From Desulfotalea psychrophila LSv54 (lineage in GTDB: Bacteria > Desulfobacterota > Desulfobulbia > Desulfobulbales > Desulfocapsaceae), in NCBI RefSeq assembly GCF_000025945.1, contig NC_006138.1:3210001-3242000 (forward strand): a DNA stretch of 32,000 nt, read 5' to 3'. This document shows positions 28,634 to 32,000 of the stretch, piece by piece; within the stretch, counting starts at the first letter, position 1, and each line of letters starts with the position of its first letter. A program made the position numbers and the translations under genes. The notes beneath the pieces were generated by a model. It worked only from the letters and a program-made list of their open reading frames with translations, was not told the DNA's origin and did no database searches.

Positions 28634-29668
28634 TTAATGTGTGCTGTCGTAAAACCTCTTCAGCTGCAAGGAGAGGCCTGCCAGTTGCCGGGCAAGTTCA
28701 CGATTTATCCACAGATAACCAAACCAACTGATATCACTGCCCACATCTCCCCCCCCTTCCGCCTCCGGGACAACGTGCAGCAGGGCAATATCATCCCACT
28801 CAATGATCCGCACGCTCTTGCCCTCCACACCCTCGATAAGCCCATCTAAAAGGCCTGCCAGTTGATTTTTTGCATCAACAAGACCCTCCATTTCCTCTAT
28901 TTTCCTCCGCCCTTTCTGTCTACTCCAACGGGTTAAAACCAGTATCTCCACCATGGTCAAAATACGTCGTTCTATGACCAGGAGTTGCAGGAAGATCTCC
29001 TTTTGCTCAGGTCGCTCTTCTTTAACATGCTGTAACAACTTGCGCTGCTCGCCAAGACGCGCCGAGAGTGATTCAAGCAAGATGGGCTCTGCTGTACCAT
29101 CCTTCATCTGCTGATTATGTTCGCAGTAGACATCTAAACATGCAGAAAGAAAACTCTTTATAGAATCGAAATAGTGGTATATCGCCCGGGAAGGCAAAAG
29201 CCAAAAGGCACAGGCAAGAGAGATAAGCGCTGACCAAAATATATTAAATGTCCGCCACAAAGCTGAAGAGAGGTCATAGGGACCGGCACCGGCAATAATA
29301 ACTATTGTAAGGGCAACAATAACAGCCGCATGGGGATATTTTTTTTGGGCAAAATAGATGGCTCCGGCAACAGTGAACACAAAAGAAATATAGTGCAGCA
29401 GTTCAAATTTGACAGGTATAAGAAAAAGAGAGAGGCCCACAGCTGCACCAATGGCCGTACCCAATATTCTCTGTTTAGCAATAAAGAGTACCCCGCCGGT
29501 ATAGGGCACGGTCCCCATCAAGGTTATAGGAGTGATAAGAGCCCAGGTTCCATAGGGCACCTCAGCCAAAAGGACAATGGTAAGAATGGCTGTAAAGGCC
29601 ACCAGTACGCGAAATACTCGCAACCAATTATGATATTTTATGATGAAGTGTTCATAATGATTCGACAT
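28634..29668 (-). CDS. FUSC family (aromatic acid exporter-like) membrane protein
   Basis: WLRVFRVLVAFTAILTIVLLAEVPYGTWALITPITLMGTVPYTGGVLFIAKQRILGTAIGAAVGLSLF and the remaining TM/cytoplasmic pattern. Confidence 0.75.
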   Translation of the reverse strand: MSNHYEHFIIKYHNWLRVFRVLVAFTAILTIVLLAEVPYGTWALITPITLMGTVPYTGGVLFIAKQRILGTAIGAAVGLSLFLIPVKFELLHYISFVFTVAGAIYFAQKKYPHAAVIVALTIVIIAGAGPYDLSSALWRTFNIFWSALISLACAFWLLPSRAIYHYFDSIKSFLSACLDVYCEHNQQMKDGTAEPILLESLSARLGEQRKLLQHVKEERPEQKEIFLQLLVIERRILTMVEILVLTRWSRQKGRRKIEEMEGLVDAKNQLAGLLDGLIEGVEGKSVRIIEWDDIALLHVVPEAEGGGDVGSDISWFGYLWINRELARQLAGLSLQLKRFYDSTH

Positions 29669-29780
29669 AAGAGTCCTTTCCCATCACCCAGATCAATTTT
29701 CAGGAAAATGTACCCACCACTCTCCTGCAAAAAACATCGCCCTGTCAATTCTATCAGGGAGGGAACAAAAACGACAAGAC

Positions 29781-29822
29781 AAAAAAAGGGAGCATGGAAT
29801 GAATCCATGCCCCCTTTTTTAA
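29781..29822 (-). terminator. intrinsic terminator downstream of tyrS
   Basis: AAAAAAAGGGAGCATGGAATGAATCCATGCCCCCTTTTTTT: GC stem with T7/A7 flanks. Confidence 0.85.
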
Positions 29823-29847
29823 CTACCTGCCCTATGCTTACCAGTCT

Positions 29848-31059
29848 TTATGCAAAAATCACCTTAACAAAACGGCGCTTGCCAACCTTAATAAGCACCT
29901 CTCCTTCGGGAGAGATGAGCATGCTCTCATCAACGGCTTTCTCTCCGTCCAGGGAAACAGCACCCTGTTTAATCATACGGCGTCCCTCGGAGGTAGACTT
30001 CACCATCTCTGCATCGGCGAGCAACTTAGGCAACCAGATAGGCTCGTCCAAGCTCACCTGATACTCCGGCAAATCTTCCGGAATTCCACCTTTTTTAAAG
30101 ACATTCTCAAAATTCTGTTCGGCGGCAATAGCTGCCTCCTCACTATGATAACGAGCTGTAAGCTCCCGAGCCAACTGCTTCTTAACCTCTTTAGGATGCA
30201 GGGTCCCTGCTTCCATTTGAGCACGAAGATCCGCAATTTCAGCCGTCGTCAAATCACTTAAGAGCTCATAATAACGAAACATAAGATCATCGGATACCGA
30301 GAGGACCTTGCCATAAATAGAATCGGCGTCCTCGGTAATACCAATATAATTACCAAGAGATTTACTCATCTTGTTGACCCCGTCAAGACCTTCAAGCAGG
30401 GGTAGGGTGAGGACAACCTGTGGCGCTTGGCCCCTTGATCGTTGCAGGTCACGGCCCATGAGCACATTAAAGCGCTGATCGGTACCACCAATCTCAACAT
30501 CTGCCTCCAGGGCAACAGAGTCATATCCCTGAATAAGTGGGTACATGAACTCATGAATGGAAATCGGCTTACCTGATTCATAACGGTTTTTAAAATCTTC
30601 TCGCTCAAGCATTCTGGCAACAGTCAGCTCCGAGGCAAGTTGAATCATTTCATGGGCGGTCAACTTACTCAGCCAAGTACTGTTAAAAGCCACGGTGGTC
30701 TTTTCTGGATCAAGAATCTTAAAAACCTGCTTCTTGTAGGTCTCGGCGTTTTCAGCAACCTGTTCGACGGTCAGAGCCTTACGAGTCTCTGACTTGCCTG
30801 TGGGATCGCCAATCATACCGGTAAAGTCACCAATCAAAAAGATAACCTGATGCCCGAGATCCTGAAATTGCTTTAATTTCTGCAGGAGCACAGTATGACC
30901 AAGATGAAGATCCGGGGCAGTTGGATCAAAGCCGGCCTTTACCTTTAGGGGAATACCGGTCTCAGCTGATTTTTTGAGCTTTTTCACCAGTTCATCACGG
31001 GAAATACAGTCAACACATCCCCGTTCTATCAATTCTATCTGTTCTTCAAGAGAAGGCAT
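29848..31059 (-). CDS. tyrS: tyrosyl-tRNA synthetase
   Basis: [25 protein letters not shown] (HIGH-type), [50 protein letters not shown]-terminal S4 domain. Start assigned to ATG 31059. Confidence 0.96.
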   Translation of the reverse strand: MPSLEEQIELIERGCVDCISRDELVKKLKKSAETGIPLKVKAGFDPTAPDLHLGHTVLLQKLKQFQDLGHQVIFLIGDFTGMIGDPTGKSETRKALTVEQVAENAETYKKQVFKILDPEKTTVAFNSTWLSKLTAHEMIQLASELTVARMLEREDFKNRYESGKPISIHEFMYPLIQGYDSVALEADVEIGGTDQRFNVLMGRDLQRSRGQAPQVVLTLPLLEGLDGVNKMSKSLGNYIGITEDADSIYGKVLSVSDDLMFRYYELLSDLTTAEIADLRAQMEAGTLHPKEVKKQLARELTARYHSEEAAIAAEQNFENVFKKGGIPEDLPEYQVSLDEPIWLPKLLADAEMVKSTSEGRRMIKQGAVSLDGEKAVDESMLISPEGEVLIKVGKRRFVKVIFA

Positions 31060-31123
31060 ATCCACACTCTACTTTTTTTTTATCTGTAAGCCAGGGAGGC
31101 GCAGGGTCTGCCCTCCCCATCCT

Positions 31124-32000
31124 TTATTTTGCGTACTCTACCGACCTTGTCTCACGAATAACTGTGACACGAATCTGACCTGGATAGGTAAGTTTTTCTT
31201 CAATACTTGCAGCAATATTCCTACTCAAAAGCGTCGCCTCGGCATCACTTATCTTTTGAGCATCTGCAATAATACGCAAATCACGACCCGCCTGAATTGC
31301 ATAGGATTTATCTACCCCAGGAAATTTATTAGCTATCGCCTCTAGGTCTTCTAAACGCTTAACATAACTTTGAAGCATCTCTTTACGAGCGCCGGGACGG
31401 GCGCCAGAAAGTGCATCCGCTGCCTGAACCAGGATATCCAAAACACTCTTGGGAGGTTGATCGGCATGGTGAGCACCAATTGCATAGACAATCTCATCAG
31501 GCTCGCCATATTTCTTAGCCAGATCCCGACCAATAACAGCATGGGACCCCTCAACCTCATGATCAACAGCCTTGCCGATATCATGCAACAGCCCAGCCCG
31601 CTTAGCCATTTTCACATCAATACCCAACTCGGCTGCCATGATGCCACAGAGAAAGGCCACCTCAAGAGAGTGTTGTAAGACGTTTTGCCCATAACTGGTA
31701 CGGTAACGCAAACGGCCAAGAAGTTTGATCAACTCTACGTGGACGCCATGAGCACCAACATCAAACGTTGCCTGCTCACCAGCCTCACACATAACTTCAT
31801 CAAGCTCTTTCGACACCTTCTCAACAACCTCTTCAATTCTACCTGGATGAATACGACCATCACTGATTAGTTGAATGAGAGCAAGACGGGCAACTTCACG
31901 ACGGACAGGATTGAAGCCGGAAAGAATAACAGCCTCCGGAGTATCATCAATAATAATATCAATCCCCGTTGCTGCTTCGATAGCACGAATATTGCGACCC
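31124..32000 (-). CDS. rny: ribonuclease Y, C-terminal portion (KH + HD domains), continues past window edge
   Basis: [61 protein letters not shown] (KH) and [17 protein letters not shown]...[22 protein letters not shown] (HD). The frame is open to the window edge beyond the listed ORF start at 31816. Confidence 0.95.
   Translation of the reverse strand, partial: GRNIRAIEAATGIDIIIDDTPEAVILSGFNPVRREVARLALIQLISDGRIHPGRIEEVVEKVSKELDEVMCEAGEQATFDVGAHGVHVELIKLLGRLRYRTSYGQNVLQHSLEVAFLCGIMAAELGIDVKMAKRAGLLHDIGKAVDHEVEGSHAVIGRDLAKKYGEPDEIVYAIGAHHADQPPKSVLDILVQAADALSGARPGARKEMLQSYVKRLEDLEAIANKFPGVDKSYAIQAGRDLRIIADAQKISDAEATLLSRNIAASIEEKLTYPGQIRVTVIRETRSVEYAK

Noticed and set aside
29330-30061. 243-aa plus-strand ORF
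   Set aside because: It runs antisense across the FUSC gene, the tyrS terminator and the end of tyrS; the protein lacks plausible domain character.

Overview
The window looks like chromosomal DNA from a Desulfotalea/Desulfobulbaceae-type deltaproteobacterium (taxonomy is inferred from gene content and protein style). Most of it is ordinary housekeeping: queA, an FmdB-type zinc ribbon gene, a VUT/YhhQ-like queuosine-precursor transporter, lolA, a four-domain S1 protein, a U32 peptidase/RlhA-like gene, a DUF748/AsmA-like gene, a DUF2868/DUF3482 GTPase pair, a GNAT acetyltransferase, an AbgA-like M20 amidohydrolase, rlmB, gmk, remA/DUF370, yicC, skp/ompH, pal, a radical SAM gene, a Fur/PerR regulator, a FUSC-family gene, tyrS and the 3' part of rny. 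Three regions stand out. (1) Tandem paralogous genes (5025-6995 and 7236-9176) encode a predicted secreted tyrosine/dual-specificity phosphatase domain (HCTGGKDRTG loop) fused to an autotransporter beta-barrel. The barrel halves are nearly identical and the phosphatase halves have diverged. (2) Two intergenic arrays of unrelated sequence (about 9562-9897 and 19021-19312) share the same 42-bp period, about four helical turns. Each carries a short dyad core in most units. (3) CRISPR-repeat-like remnants and AGCTTAC/AGCTGTAAGCT-type dispersed repeats lie around the autotransporter pair. No cas genes and no intact CRISPR array are present.
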